NCBI GenBank assembly: GCA_032230645.1
Contig: JAVXWN010000054.1
Span: forward strand, 1,511-65,510
Reading direction: 5' to 3'
Origin: Acidobacteriota bacterium
Lineage (GTDB): Bacteria; Acidobacteriota; Blastocatellia; Pyrinomonadales; Pyrinomonadaceae
Length of the DNA: 64,000 bases
In this document: positions 48,646 through 59,435 of the stretch, piece by piece
Layout: each line of letters starts with the position of its first letter
How positions within the stretch are numbered: the stretch's first letter is position 1
Program-made: the position numbers and the translations under genes
Notes under the pieces: model-generated
Seen by the model: only the letters and a program-made list of their open reading frames with translations
Databases searched by the model: none
Told to the model about the DNA's origin: nothing

Positions 48646-50139
48646 TCAGTCTGACGGTACGGGCTCGCGCTCGCGCGCGTATTGAGTTTCGGCGACCGCG
48701 TTGATGCGCGTCGGGTAGCGACCCGTCCAGCAGGCGACGCAGGACGTTTCGGCCGGAAGGCCGCAGGCTTCGAGCATGCCGTCCATCGAGAGATAGCCGA
48801 GCGAGTCGGCTTCGATGAAGCGGCAGACCTCTTCGACCGACATCTGCGCGGCGATCAGTTCCGACTTGTCCGGCGTGTCAACGCCGTAGTAGCAGGGGCT
48901 TATCGTCGGCGGGCAACTGATGCGGACGTGTACACGCGCCGCGCCTGCCTCGCGCACGAGGCGCACGATCTTCTTCGAGGTCGTGCCGCGCACGATTGAG
49001 TCATCAATCAGCACGACGTTGCGCCCCTGTATCAGGTCACGCACGGGGTTGAGCTTGAGGCGGACGCCGAAAGAGCGGATGGATTGCTTCGGCTCGATGA
49101 AGGTGCGGCCGATGTAGTGGTTGCGCACCAGCCCGAAGCGAAAGGGGAGCCCCGACTGCGCGGCATAGCCGATGGCGGCGGCCACGCCCGAGTCCGGTAC
49201 GGGCACGACGAGGTTTGCGTCCGCGGGCTGCTCGATGGCGAGGCGCTTGCCCATCTTGTGACGCGACTCGTTGACCGAGCGGCCGTAGACCATCGAGTCG
49301 GGGCGCGAGAAATAGACGTGCTCGAAGATGCAGAAGGAGCGCGGGCGCTCGGGCAGCGAGAACGACGAGCGCAAGCCCTCGCTCGTAATCGTCACCATCT
49401 CGCCGGGCTCAACATCGCGCACGTAAGCCGCGCCGATAAGGTCGAACGCGCACGTCTCGGAGGCGACGACCCATGCGCCATCGAGACGGCCGAGCGCGAG
49501 CGGGCGAAAGCCTCTCGGGTCGCGCACGGCGATGAGCGCATCCGGCGTGAGAAAGAGCATCGAGAAAGCGCCCTCGGTCTCGCAGAGGACTTCGGCAATT
49601 GCGCCTTCGACCGTCTCGGCGCGCGAGCGCGCGATGCGGTGCAGGACGACTTCGGTGTCCGAGGTCGAAGAGAAGATCGCGCCCTCGCGTTCGAGCCTCT
49701 TCCTCTCTTCCGTAGCGAAAGGGAGGTTGCCGTTGTGACAGACGGCGACCTGCCCATGCTTGCATGCGATGAGGAAGGGCTGCGCCTCGCGCACCGAGAC
49801 TTCGCCCGCGGTTGAGTAGCGCGTGTGCCCGATGGCCGACACGCCGGGCAGACGATTGAGCCGCTCTTCGGTGAAGACCTCCGAGACCAGCCCCATCGCG
49901 CGCTCCGAGCGCAGCATTCCATCCGACGCGACGATGCCGCACGACTCCTGCCCGCGATGTTGTAGCTGGTAGAGGCCGAGGTATGTGAGGCGCGCGGCGT
50001 CGTCATGCCCGTAGATGCCGAACACGCCGCACTCGTCGCGAAAGCCGTCCCTGATTGATTCGTCCACTTGTTTTGACTTTAACCGTCGATGAGAAAATCG
50101 CCGCCGCAAAGTCCGAACGTTGAAGCGACATTGTAACAC
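48646..50139 (-). CDS. purF: amidophosphoribosyltransferase
   Basis: The catalytic Cys context CGVFGIYG is present, along with PRTase and 4Fe-4S Cys motifs. The start is uncertain; the GTG at 50065..50067 would give a 12-aa propeptide. Confidence 0.9.
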   Translation of the reverse strand: MLQCRFNVRTLRRRFSHRRLKSKQVDESIRDGFRDECGVFGIYGHDDAARLTYLGLYQLQHRGQESCGIVASDGMLRSERAMGLVSEVFTEERLNRLPGVSAIGHTRYSTAGEVSVREAQPFLIACKHGQVAVCHNGNLPFATEERKRLEREGAIFSSTSDTEVVLHRIARSRAETVEGAIAEVLCETEGAFSMLFLTPDALIAVRDPRGFRPLALGRLDGAWVVASETCAFDLIGAAYVRDVEPGEMVTITSEGLRSSFSLPERPRSFCIFEHVYFSRPDSMVYGRSVNESRHKMGKRLAIEQPADANLVVPVPDSGVAAAIGYAAQSGLPFRFGLVRNHYIGRTFIEPKQSIRSFGVRLKLNPVRDLIQGRNVVLIDDSIVRGTTSKKIVRLVREAGAARVHVRISCPPTISPCYYGVDTPDKSELIAAQMSVEEVCRFIEADSLGYLSMDGMLEACGLPAETSCVACWTGRYPTRINAVAETQYAREREPVPSD

Positions 50140-50187
50140 CGCGCCGCCCGCGCGTAGAGCGGGTTCGCAATAACTCGCTCGACATAG

Positions 50188-50216
50188 AAAAAGGCCCCCG
50201 CGCCGAGGCGGGGGCC
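50188..50216 (-). terminator. rho-independent terminator of the 50245..50751 gene
   Basis: GGCCCCCGC / GCGGGGGCC stem with T5 on the minus strand. Confidence 0.75.
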
Positions 50217-50244
50217 TTCAATAACTAACGCTCTTTCTGCTCGG

Positions 50245-50751
50245 TCAATGCTTGGCGGATTTGCTGTTGACGGAACTGACGCACTGCCCCTGGTTCTTGA
50301 AGCGGCCGTCGGGCGAATTGAAACGCATCCAGCCGCCGTTCTTGCACTCGTCCGCATTCGCGGGCGTGCTGTACAACTCGAAGTCGTACTTCACTGTGTC
50401 GCGCCCCTGCGCGCTGATGACGAGATTGTCGGCGTTGCCGATGAAGTTCGTCCATGCGCCGCCGCCGCAGCCGGTGGCGATGCGAAGGCCGCCCTTGCCG
50501 GTCTCAGTGTTGACGATGGTTGCATCCGGGTGCTCGTTAACGTAAGCGGCGATGCTGATGAGCGGCGGGCCGCCCGCGCTCTCGTTCCCAGACCACCAGC
50601 CGCCTTGAAGCGCGTTCCACGTTTGCCACTGGTTGAGCGTGACGCAGGCCGTGTTCGACCCGCATTGATTGGGCACCGAGTCGGTGGTGAAGATCGTGCT
50701 GTAAGTGCCGTTCTGATAGGCCGGCTCGAAGAAGAGTTGGTCGACAACCAT
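50245..50751 (-). CDS. hypothetical protein (Trp/Cys/Gly-rich, no obvious signal peptide)
   Basis: 168-aa ORF with its own terminator. I recognise no family. Confidence 0.4.
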   Translation of the reverse strand: MVVDQLFFEPAYQNGTYSTIFTTDSVPNQCGSNTACVTLNQWQTWNALQGGWWSGNESAGGPPLISIAAYVNEHPDATIVNTETGKGGLRIATGCGGGAWTNFIGNADNLVISAQGRDTVKYDFELYSTPANADECKNGGWMRFNSPDGRFKNQGQCVSSVNSKSAKH

Positions 50752-50819
50752 GGTAAGTCAATCCCGCCGCGCGCGTGCTATCATGTCTCATAAGATTTAG
50801 GAAAGCGGAGGTGAGGCCC

Positions 50820-51071
50820 GTGTTCGGAGTGAAAGTCTACGGCACCGATTGGTGCGAGGACACGCGGCACACGCGCGGGTACCTTGACGGTCTGGGCGTG
50901 CAGTACAAGTACGTCAACATCGAGCAGGACGCAGCCGCGGCCGAGTGGGTGCGTGGACAGAACGGCGGCAAGGAGCGCAAGCCGACCGTGGACGTTGCGG
51001 GCCAAGTGCTCTGCGTGCCGACCGACCACGAGTTGACGAGCGCGCTGCGCGAGCGCGGCCTGATGGCCTGA
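50820..51071 (+). CDS. glutaredoxin-like small protein
   Basis: VKVYGTDWCEDTRHTRGYLDGLGVQYKYVNIE has the layout of a thioredoxin fold. The GTG at 50820 lies downstream of a GGAGG. Confidence 0.55.
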   Translation: MFGVKVYGTDWCEDTRHTRGYLDGLGVQYKYVNIEQDAAAAEWVRGQNGGKERKPTVDVAGQVLCVPTDHELTSALRERGLMA

Positions 51072-51126
51072 GCCGCCCCGGCGACGGACTTTCTGCGGGC
51101 CGAACGGCGCGCGACCGTTTCACCGT

Positions 51127-51645
51127 ATGAGCGACAGACACGGCTTCGCACACAGACTCGCGGCAGCGTCACTGCGCGTCGCGCTCGTCACCGCACTGGG
51201 CGCGGCCGTGTGGGGCGTCTACCGTCGTTTGCCCGAAGGCGAGCACACGGGCGCGGCCGAGGGTCGGCAACAGCGACCGACGCTGCTGCACTTGCGCCTG
51301 CGTACCGAAGAGGTCGGCCTTTCCGTCTCGGCGAAGAAGATTCCCCTACAGCTCTACCCCATCAACATGGTCGCGGCGCGCAACGAGTTCGACTCGGAGC
51401 GACGCCCCGGACAACGCTTCGAGGATTTCGCCACGCGCCTGATGGGCGAACGCCAACCTTTGGGCGTCGAGCTTGACGAGCACGGTGAAGCGACAATCGC
51501 CGTCCCGCCCGGCAAGTGGTGGGTTCACGCGACCGTCGAAGGCGACCGTGAACTAACATGGCGTCTCGCCGTCAACGTCTCAGGCCGCGAGAAGACGGTC
51601 GAGCTTACGAAAGAGAACGCCTACCTCCGCGCGAAAAGATTTTAG
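51127..51645 (+). CDS. hypothetical membrane-anchored protein
   Basis: N-terminal TM segment (VALVTALGAAVWGVY). I recognise no family. Confidence 0.4.
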   Translation: MSDRHGFAHRLAAASLRVALVTALGAAVWGVYRRLPEGEHTGAAEGRQQRPTLLHLRLRTEEVGLSVSAKKIPLQLYPINMVAARNEFDSERRPGQRFEDFATRLMGERQPLGVELDEHGEATIAVPPGKWWVHATVEGDRELTWRLAVNVSGREKTVELTKENAYLRAKRF

Positions 51646-51650
51646 AGGAA

Positions 51651-51731
51651 GTGTTTGAATGATGAATGATGAGTGATGAATAAGAGACGACTCGCTCTTT
51701 AATTCATCATTCATCATTCATCATTCAACAC
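51651..51731. repeat. heptad-repeat hairpin: (GARTGAT)3 arm against (ATCATTC)3 arm
   Basis: Arms 51651..51681 and 51702..51731 are nearly fully complementary. The loop holds a small AAGAG/CTCTT stem. Confidence 0.85.
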
Positions 51732-51740
51732 TCATCACCG

Positions 51741-52703
51741 ATGAAGGCGCTTCGATTCGAGAACAATCAACTCGGTGTGGCAGACGTTCCCGTGCCGGAG
51801 CGCGCGGGCGAGGCGCTGGTGCGCGTGCGTTTGGCGGGCGTGTGCAACACGGATGTTGAGATAGTGCGCGGGTACGCGGGCTTTGAAGGCACGCTCGGGC
51901 ACGAGTTCGTCGGCGAGGTGGAGCGCGCGCCGGGTGCGCCCGAGCTTGAAGGCAAGCGCGTGGTCGGCGAGATCAACGCAGGCTGCGGGCGCTGCCACTC
52001 GTGCCGCGCGGGCGATTCGCGCCATTGCCCTGAACGCACCGTGCTCGGCATCGTCGGGCGCGACGGCGCTTTTGCCGAGTATCTGCAACTGCCAATCGCG
52101 AACCTCTTGACTGTCCCCGAAGAGGTGCCGGACGAGCGCGCCATCTTCACCGAGCCGCTCGCCGCCGCCTGCGGGATATTAGAGCGCGTGCACGTCGAGT
52201 TGGAGACGCGTGTCGCCGTCGTCGGTGACGGCAAGCTCGGTCTGCTCTGCGCGCAGGCGTTGAAGGCGATGACCGGCGCGGGCGTCACGCTCGTCGGCCG
52301 TCACAAGTCCAAGCTCGACCTCGCACGACGCCGAGGCGTCCGGGTCGTCAAGTCGGATGAGCTGCCACCCTCGTTCGACCGCGCCTTCGACGTGACGGTT
52401 GAAGCCTCGGGCTCGCCCGCCGGGTTCGAGACGGCGCTCCGCTTACTGCGCCCACGCGGCACGCTCGTCCTCAAGTCAACCTTCCACGGCATGATGGAGC
52501 TTAACGCCGCGCCCGTCGTCGTTGACGAGATACAGATAGTCGGCTCGCGCTGCGGACGCTTTCCCGTCGCGCTCGAACTGCTCAGGCGCGGCGCCGTCGA
52601 GACGGATGCTCTCATCCACGAAGAGTTCCCGCTCGCCGAAGGCGTCCGCGCTTTAAAGCGCGCCGCCGAACCCGGCGTTCTGAAAGTCCTTCTCAGACCT
52701 TGA
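51741..52703 (+). CDS. zinc-binding alcohol dehydrogenase (MDR family)
   Basis: GVCNTDVE, GHEFVG and C..C..C cluster, plus a GDGKLG Rossmann segment. Confidence 0.85.
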   Translation: MKALRFENNQLGVADVPVPERAGEALVRVRLAGVCNTDVEIVRGYAGFEGTLGHEFVGEVERAPGAPELEGKRVVGEINAGCGRCHSCRAGDSRHCPERTVLGIVGRDGAFAEYLQLPIANLLTVPEEVPDERAIFTEPLAAACGILERVHVELETRVAVVGDGKLGLLCAQALKAMTGAGVTLVGRHKSKLDLARRRGVRVVKSDELPPSFDRAFDVTVEASGSPAGFETALRLLRPRGTLVLKSTFHGMMELNAAPVVVDEIQIVGSRCGRFPVALELLRRGAVETDALIHEEFPLAEGVRALKRAAEPGVLKVLLRP

Positions 52704-52710
52704 AGAGTGT

Positions 52711-52794
52711 GAAGTCTGAAGTTTGAAGTGTGAAGTCAAGAGAGCACGACTCTCATGCTCATTGTCTTGACTTCACACTTCGGACTTCAGACTT
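52711..52794. repeat. heptad-repeat hairpin: (GAAGTNT)4 arm against (NNACTTC)4 arm
   Basis: GAAGTCTGAAGTTTGAAGTGTGAAGTCAAG pairs with CTTGACTTCACACTTCGGACTTCAGACTTT. The loop is 25 nt and TTTTT follows. Confidence 0.85.
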
Positions 52795-52801
52795 TTTAAT
52801 A

Positions 52802-53752
52802 ATGAAGCTCAAGGCCAACCTCGTCGCGGACGGCGCGATACTGTTGACGACGCTCATCTGGGGCTCGACGTTCGCGGTTGCGCGCGGCGTGCTCGACCAC
52901 TGGCCGCCGCTCTCGTATCTCGCGGTGCGGATGCCGCTGGCGGCGCTCGTCTTCGTGGCACTCTTTCCACGACAGGTCTTCGGGGCGACGCGCGCGGCTT
53001 GGAAGGCGGGCGCGACTCTGGGCGCGTTCATCGGCGCGGCCTTTCTCTTGCAGACCACGGGGCTGCTCTACACGACGCCCGCGAAGTCCGCATTCATCTC
53101 GGGGCTGACCACGCCGCTCATCCCCATCGTCGCTTACGTCGTCTGGCGCGCGCGCCCGAGCCGCGAGAATTTGACGGGCATCGTGCTTGCCTCAATCGGC
53201 GGCGCGCTCATCCTCGCGCCCGTTGAGGCGGCGGGATTCAATAAGGGCGACCTCATCACGCTCTCGACCACGCTGCTCTTCGCCACGCACGTCACGCTGA
53301 TGAGCCTGTACGCGCGCCGCTTCGACGTGCGGCAGTTGAGCGCTTTGCAGATAAGCTTCGCCGCTGCGTTCATAGTCGCGGCGTGGCTCGCCGTGCGTGC
53401 CGCCGTGGCGCTCATGGGCGCGGGAGCCCTCCCGCCCGGACTCGCGCGCGAGGCCGAGCCGCTTGCATGGAGCGCGTCGGCGATATGGCAGCTTGTCTAC
53501 CTCGTGTTGATAGCCACGGTCGCCGTCTTCATGCTCTGGACGTGGGGACAGGCGCGCATGTCGGCCACGCACGCCGCCGTCATCTTCAGCCTTGAACCGG
53601 TCTTCGCCACGGGCTTCGCAATTCTCCTGCGCGGCTCCGCCGAATGGACTGGCGGCCGCGCAACCCTCGGCGCGATTCTTATCCTCGCGGGCGTCATCGT
53701 GTCGGAACTGCGTTGGGGGAGGGAAGAAGGGGAAGTGGTCAGTAGGCAGTAA
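52802..53752 (+). CDS. EamA/DMT-family transporter
   Basis: Ten predicted TM helices and two EamA-like halves. I moved the start to the ATG at 52802, because the track start at 52730 lies inside the hairpin. Confidence 0.85.
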   Translation: MKLKANLVADGAILLTTLIWGSTFAVARGVLDHWPPLSYLAVRMPLAALVFVALFPRQVFGATRAAWKAGATLGAFIGAAFLLQTTGLLYTTPAKSAFISGLTTPLIPIVAYVVWRARPSRENLTGIVLASIGGALILAPVEAAGFNKGDLITLSTTLLFATHVTLMSLYARRFDVRQLSALQISFAAAFIVAAWLAVRAAVALMGAGALPPGLAREAEPLAWSASAIWQLVYLVLIATVAVFMLWTWGQARMSATHAAVIFSLEPVFATGFAILLRGSAEWTGGRATLGAILILAGVIVSELRWGREEGEVVSRQ

Positions 53753-53767
53753 GCAGTAGACAGTAGT
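53740..53767. repeat. tandem heptamers CAGTAGG CAGTAAG CAGTAGA CAGTAGT spanning the EamA stop codon
   Basis: Read directly. A partly complementary heptad array (CTATTGA CTATCTT GGCTACT GTCTACT) lies at 53827..53854. Confidence 0.8.
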
Positions 53768-54037
53768 GCTCCGCGTTGCGATGTAGCCTATGTTTATACC
53801 GGGACGATTTGACGATGAGGATTTTTCTATTGACTATCTTGGCTACTGTCTACTTCTCCCCTTCACCTTTGCGGCCGGTGGCGGCATTAGTTATACTCGG
53901 CACTCGCCATGTGCCCTCAAGTCTCCCTTGTCTCTGAAGGCACAGACCGGCGGCGCGGCGTGGTGCCCATCGAAGGGCGGGCGGCGTGGCCGCGTGACCC
54001 TACCGGCTCCTTTGAATTTTAGAAGGTGAAGTGGTTT

Positions 54038-55639
54038 ATGTTGCAAATCCCGAAGGGCCAGACGACTGATGCGGAGCGCGACATCCTGCGCCGCCTCCGC
54101 GTGTGGATAGCGGCGCTGGCGGCGGCGTGCCTCGTCGTCGGCGTCGGCGTCGGCGCGATGCTCAGCCGCACGCGAGTCTTCGCGGGCGCAGACCAGCCCG
54201 CCTCGCCCGCCGCGATAGCGCGCGCGCCCGAGGCGCTCTCGGCCTCATTCGCCGAGATAGCGCGCCGCGTCGAGCCAGCGGTCGTCAACATTGACACCGT
54301 CTCGGCCGCGCCGCAGGTGGCCGACAAGGAGGGCGACGACGATGACAGCAGCAGCCAAGAGGGCGGAGCAGATAATCCTCTGCTCGACATGCTGCGCCGC
54401 CATGCACGTCGGCCTTCGCGCGGCGTCGGGAGCGGCTTCATCGTTGACCCGAAGGGCGTCATCCTCACCAACTTCCATGTTGTCGAGAACATGACCGGCA
54501 TCATGGTCAAGCTCCAGTCGGGCGAGCAACTGCGCGGCACCGTGGTCGGCTCGGACGAAGAGACGGACATCGCCGTCATCAAGGTCAACGCGGGCCGAGA
54601 CCTCCCCGCCGTCAACTTAGGCAACTCCGACGACATGCAGGTCGGCGATTGGGTTCTTGCCATCGGCTCACCTTTCGGGCTTGAACAGACCGTCACGGCG
54701 GGCATCATCTCGACCAAGGAGCGGCAGACCGACCCGGGCGCAAGCTTCCGCCGCTTCATCCAGACCGACGCGGCCATCAACCGTGGCAACTCGGGCGGCC
54801 CGCTCGTCAACATGCGCGGCGAAGTCATCGGCATCAACTCGCAGATTGCCACCTCGACCGGCGACTACAACGGCATCGGCTTTGCGCTCCCGACCAACAT
54901 CGCATCGTCCGTCTACAAGCAATTGATGACGACGGGCAAGGTCAGGCGCGGCTACCTCGGCGTCTTCCTCGACTCGGTCAAGCCCGAGTTCGCGCGCGTC
55001 TATCAACTGCCGAAGGCTGCGGGCGCAATCATCAAGGACGTGGCCGACGCGAAAGGCCCGGCCGCGACGGCAGGTATCCAGACCAACGACGTGGTCGTCG
55101 AGTTCAACGGCCAACCCGTAGAGAACGCGCAAGACCTCATCAACAAGGTCGCCGCCACGCCCGTCAACCAGACCGTGCAGCTTACATATCTGCGCGAGGT
55201 CAGCGACAAGCTTGAGCGGCGCACCGCAAACGTCACCGTCGGCGAGCGCCCGGCGCGCGCCGCTTCAACGCTTGAGCCGAGCGAAGAGACCAAGGGCGGC
55301 GAGACGGCGAAGCCGAAGTCAACCAGCACGGACAAGGGCGACCGTCCCGTGCTCGGGCTCAAGCTGAGCGAGTTGACGCCGCAGATTGCCAATGAGCGCA
55401 ACCTCAAGGGCGTGCGCGGCCTCTTTGTGCAGGACGTGGATCAGGCTGGTATCGCTTTCGACGCGGGCGTGCAGAAGTACATGGTTATCCAGCGCGTCAA
55501 TCGCCAGCCGGTCGGCTCCATCGACGACTTCGAGCACATCATCAATGCGCTCAAGCCCGGCGATCCAATCGTCCTTCACGTCTCGGCCTTCAACGGCGAG
55601 CGCGTCACGCAGTCAATCGTTCAGTTCACATATCAGTAA
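54038..55639 (+). CDS. Do/HtrA-family periplasmic serine endopeptidase with two PDZ domains
   Basis: Catalytic segments TNFHVV, DIAVIK and GNSGGPL, followed by two PDZ-like regions. Confidence 0.9.
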   Translation: MLQIPKGQTTDAERDILRRLRVWIAALAAACLVVGVGVGAMLSRTRVFAGADQPASPAAIARAPEALSASFAEIARRVEPAVVNIDTVSAAPQVADKEGDDDDSSSQEGGADNPLLDMLRRHARRPSRGVGSGFIVDPKGVILTNFHVVENMTGIMVKLQSGEQLRGTVVGSDEETDIAVIKVNAGRDLPAVNLGNSDDMQVGDWVLAIGSPFGLEQTVTAGIISTKERQTDPGASFRRFIQTDAAINRGNSGGPLVNMRGEVIGINSQIATSTGDYNGIGFALPTNIASSVYKQLMTTGKVRRGYLGVFLDSVKPEFARVYQLPKAAGAIIKDVADAKGPAATAGIQTNDVVVEFNGQPVENAQDLINKVAATPVNQTVQLTYLREVSDKLERRTANVTVGERPARAASTLEPSEETKGGETAKPKSTSTDKGDRPVLGLKLSELTPQIANERNLKGVRGLFVQDVDQAGIAFDAGVQKYMVIQRVNRQPVGSIDDFEHIINALKPGDPIVLHVSAFNGERVTQSIVQFTYQ

Positions 55640-55721
55640 GAACCGAAAACCGTGAACCGTAAATCGTGATAAGAAGGATAGTCTTCCTCCTGTCACGGTT
55701 TACGGTTCACGGTTTTCGGTT
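55640..55721. repeat. heptad-repeat hairpin: (RAAYCGW)4 arm against its complement
   Basis: GAACCGAAAACCGTGAACCGTAAATCGTGA pairs with TCACGGTTTACGGTTCACGGTTTTCGGTT, with a 23-nt loop. Confidence 0.85.
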
Positions 55722-55737
55722 TACGATTAACCAAACA

Positions 55738-57306
55738 ATGGCACAGGCGAAAAAGTCCCTCGGGAAGAGTCGGAAGAAGAACGGTCGCGTCGCGTCGGCG
55801 CGCACCGTTACGAAGAGTTACCCGAACTACATCGGCGGCGAGTGGGTCGCATCGAGTTCGGGCGAGTGGTTCGAGAACGAGAACCCGGCGGACACGGATG
55901 AGGTGGTCGGGCGCTTCCCCGTCTCGAACGCAGAGGACGTGGAGGCGGCAGTCGAGGCGGCGCGTGGCGCGGCCGACCGTTGGCGACACTTGCCCGCGCC
56001 GCGCCGCGCCGAAATCCTCTTCCGCCTCGGCGAGATTCTCATACGCCACAAGGACAGGTTCGCGCGCGAGATGACGCGCGAGATGGGCAAGGTCTTGAAG
56101 GAGACCGGCGGCGACGTGCAGGAGGCCATAGACTGCACCTACTACACCGCTGGCGAGGGGCGCAGGCTTCACGGCTTCACCACTCCGGCCGAGATGCCCG
56201 ACAAGTTCGCGATGTGTGTGCGCCAGCCCGTCGGCCTCTGCGGGCTCATCACGCCTTGGAACTTCCCGATGGCGATTCCTTCGTGGAAGCTCATCCCCGC
56301 GCTCGTCTGCGGCAACACCGTCGTCATCAAGCCCGCCGAAGATACCCCGCTCTCGACTTACAATCTGGTCAAAGCCTGCGAAGAGGCGGGCGTCCCCGCA
56401 GGCGTCGTCAACATGGTGAGCGGCTACGGCGAGACGGCGGGCGCGGCGCTGACCACGCACCCGGATGTCCGGCTCATCTCCTTCACCGGCTCGACCGGAG
56501 TGGGACGCATCGTCGCCGGGGCTTGCGCCGAGCGCAACGCCGTCTGCTCGCTTGAGATGGGCGGCAAGAACGTCATCATGGTGATGGAGGACGCAGACCT
56601 CGACCTCGCGGTTGAAGGCGCGGTCTGGGGAGCCTTCGGCACATCGGGGCAGCGTTGCACGGCCTCGTCACGCATCGTCGTCCACAAGAAGGTCTACAAA
56701 CGTTTCACGCAGATGCTCGTCGAGCGCGCACGCGGCCTTCGCGTCGGCAACGGTCTCGATGAGAAGACCGATGTCGGGCCGGTCATCAATGCCGACGCGC
56801 TACACAGGATTCTCGGCTACATCGAGATTGGACAAAGGGAAGACCGTGCGCGCCTCGCCTGCGGCGGCAACCGTCTGGATAAGGGCGAGCACGCACGCGG
56901 CTACTTCATCGAGCCCACCGTCTTCACCGACGCCGCGCCCGACATGCGCATCTCGCAAGAGGAGATTTTCGGCCCTGTCACCACGGTCATCCCGGCGGGC
57001 TCGCTCGAAGAGGCAGTTGAGATTGGCAACGGCGTGCGCTACGGGTTGTCGGCCGCGATCTACACGCAGGACGTGAACCGCGCCTTCCGCGCGATGAACG
57101 AGATGTATACCGGCATCTTCTACGTCAATTCATCGACCATCGGCGCGGAAGTCCATCTCCCCTTCGGCGGCACGAAAGCGACGGGCAACGGCCACCGCGA
57201 GGCAGGCACGCAAGTCCTCGACATCTTCACCGAATGGAAGTCAATCTACGTGGACTACAGCGGCAAGCTCCAGCGCGCGCAGATAGACCAAGTCAATTTT
57301 GAATAA
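55738..57306 (+). CDS. NAD(P)-dependent aldehyde dehydrogenase
   Basis: [16 protein letters not shown] (catalytic Glu) and GQRCTA (catalytic Cys). I moved the start to the ATG at 55738. Confidence 0.9.
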   Translation: MAQAKKSLGKSRKKNGRVASARTVTKSYPNYIGGEWVASSSGEWFENENPADTDEVVGRFPVSNAEDVEAAVEAARGAADRWRHLPAPRRAEILFRLGEILIRHKDRFAREMTREMGKVLKETGGDVQEAIDCTYYTAGEGRRLHGFTTPAEMPDKFAMCVRQPVGLCGLITPWNFPMAIPSWKLIPALVCGNTVVIKPAEDTPLSTYNLVKACEEAGVPAGVVNMVSGYGETAGAALTTHPDVRLISFTGSTGVGRIVAGACAERNAVCSLEMGGKNVIMVMEDADLDLAVEGAVWGAFGTSGQRCTASSRIVVHKKVYKRFTQMLVERARGLRVGNGLDEKTDVGPVINADALHRILGYIEIGQREDRARLACGGNRLDKGEHARGYFIEPTVFTDAAPDMRISQEEIFGPVTTVIPAGSLEEAVEIGNGVRYGLSAAIYTQDVNRAFRAMNEMYTGIFYVNSSTIGAEVHLPFGGTKATGNGHREAGTQVLDIFTEWKSIYVDYSGKLQRAQIDQVNFE

Positions 57307-57327
57307 CAAAGATTGGAGACTGCAAAA

Positions 57328-58479
<1,152 letters not shown>

Positions 58480-58519
58480 GCGTCAACCGGGCCGCACACG
58501 CGCACCGGCTAAAGAAGTC

Positions 58520-58571
58520 GAACACAATGCGAAGGGGCTCCTTTTATAAAAGGAGCCCCTTCGCATTGTGT
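58520..58571. terminator. perfect 52-bp palindrome, a bidirectional terminator between ald and the response regulator
   Basis: AACACAATGCGAAGGGGCTCCTTTTA followed by its exact reverse complement. Confidence 0.8.
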
Positions 58572-58592
58572 TTAGTGTCGCGTGCAACGCGT

Positions 58593-59018
58593 TCATGCGA
58601 GCAGGCGTTCGAGGCAGCCTGCAAGCTCTTCCGCGGGGACGGGCTTCGAGAGATATGCATCAGCGCGTGAGTCCGCGTCCGAAGTCGCTTGAGAGCCGTC
58701 CGCGCCGCTTAAGAGCACGACGGGGAGCCCTTTCAGCTTTGGATGACGATGCAGGAAGCGGCAGAGTTCGTAGCCGTTCAGATGCGGCATCACTGCATCG
58801 GTCACGACCAAGTCCACGGCCGACGAGAGCAGCGTCTTCATGGCTTCGAGCCCGTCGGCCGCCGTCAGAACTTCGTAGCCCGCGCGGCGCAACACGACCT
58901 CCAGATAACGACGCAGCGAGCGGTCGTCTTCGACGAGCAGGACTGTGCGGCGCATGTGTGTGTGCTCTACTACGATGTGTGCGGGTGTCTGTCTGAGTCC
59001 CTGAGGCGTAGTGCTCAT
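58593..59018 (-). CDS. single-domain response regulator (CheY-like receiver)
   Basis: VLLVEDD, VVTDAVMP, and a SKP lysine. Confidence 0.8.
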   Translation of the reverse strand: MSTTPQGLRQTPAHIVVEHTHMRRTVLLVEDDRSLRRYLEVVLRRAGYEVLTAADGLEAMKTLLSSAVDLVVTDAVMPHLNGYELCRFLHRHPKLKGLPVVLLSGADGSQATSDADSRADAYLSKPVPAEELAGCLERLLA

Positions 59019-59435
59019 GTGGCTGAATAAAAACCTTTCCGGCGCGCGCTATGGCTGGTGGAGCCGACGGGGGAACGGACGCCGCCCGAAACTTTAGCAA
59101 CCCGTGTGCCTTCCGCCACGCACCGTCTTCGCGGCCATTCGGGTGTGAAAGTGAGCGCGCGGTTCAGTCACGCTCGTTCTTTCTGACGTGATGACCGGTC
59201 AGTATGCTGTGGTGGAACGCCGCGCTGACGCATTCTTCAACTCGCCGACATGCAGGCAAACCGCCCCGCCGACTCGCTCATCTATCTTCTTTCGCCTTGC
59301 GCTCGACCAAGCCTCTAACGCATGCAACGGGTTGAAGTGCCGCCCGGCTTCGGCCATACTCACAGGTTGGATTCGCGCGCGAAAAGTCTTCGGGTGTCAG
59401 CTTCGGTAGTCAGTCGCAAGCAAGGGTCGTTCGAG

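Noticed and set aside
52730-52801. Track start codons lying inside hairpin repeats (52730 for the EamA gene and 55666 for the ALDH gene), and the ORF at 53790..54029.
   Set aside because: These starts fall within the heptad hairpin arms. Downstream ATGs (52802 and 55738) give N-termini typical of the families. The ORF at 53790..54029 lies in the repeat and leader region and has no support.
37666-55721. The possibility that the repeated short units form a CRISPR array.
   Set aside because: The repeats are 7-nt tandem units arranged as inverted arms at separate loci. They do not consist of 25-40 nt direct repeats separated by unique spacers, and no cas genes are present.
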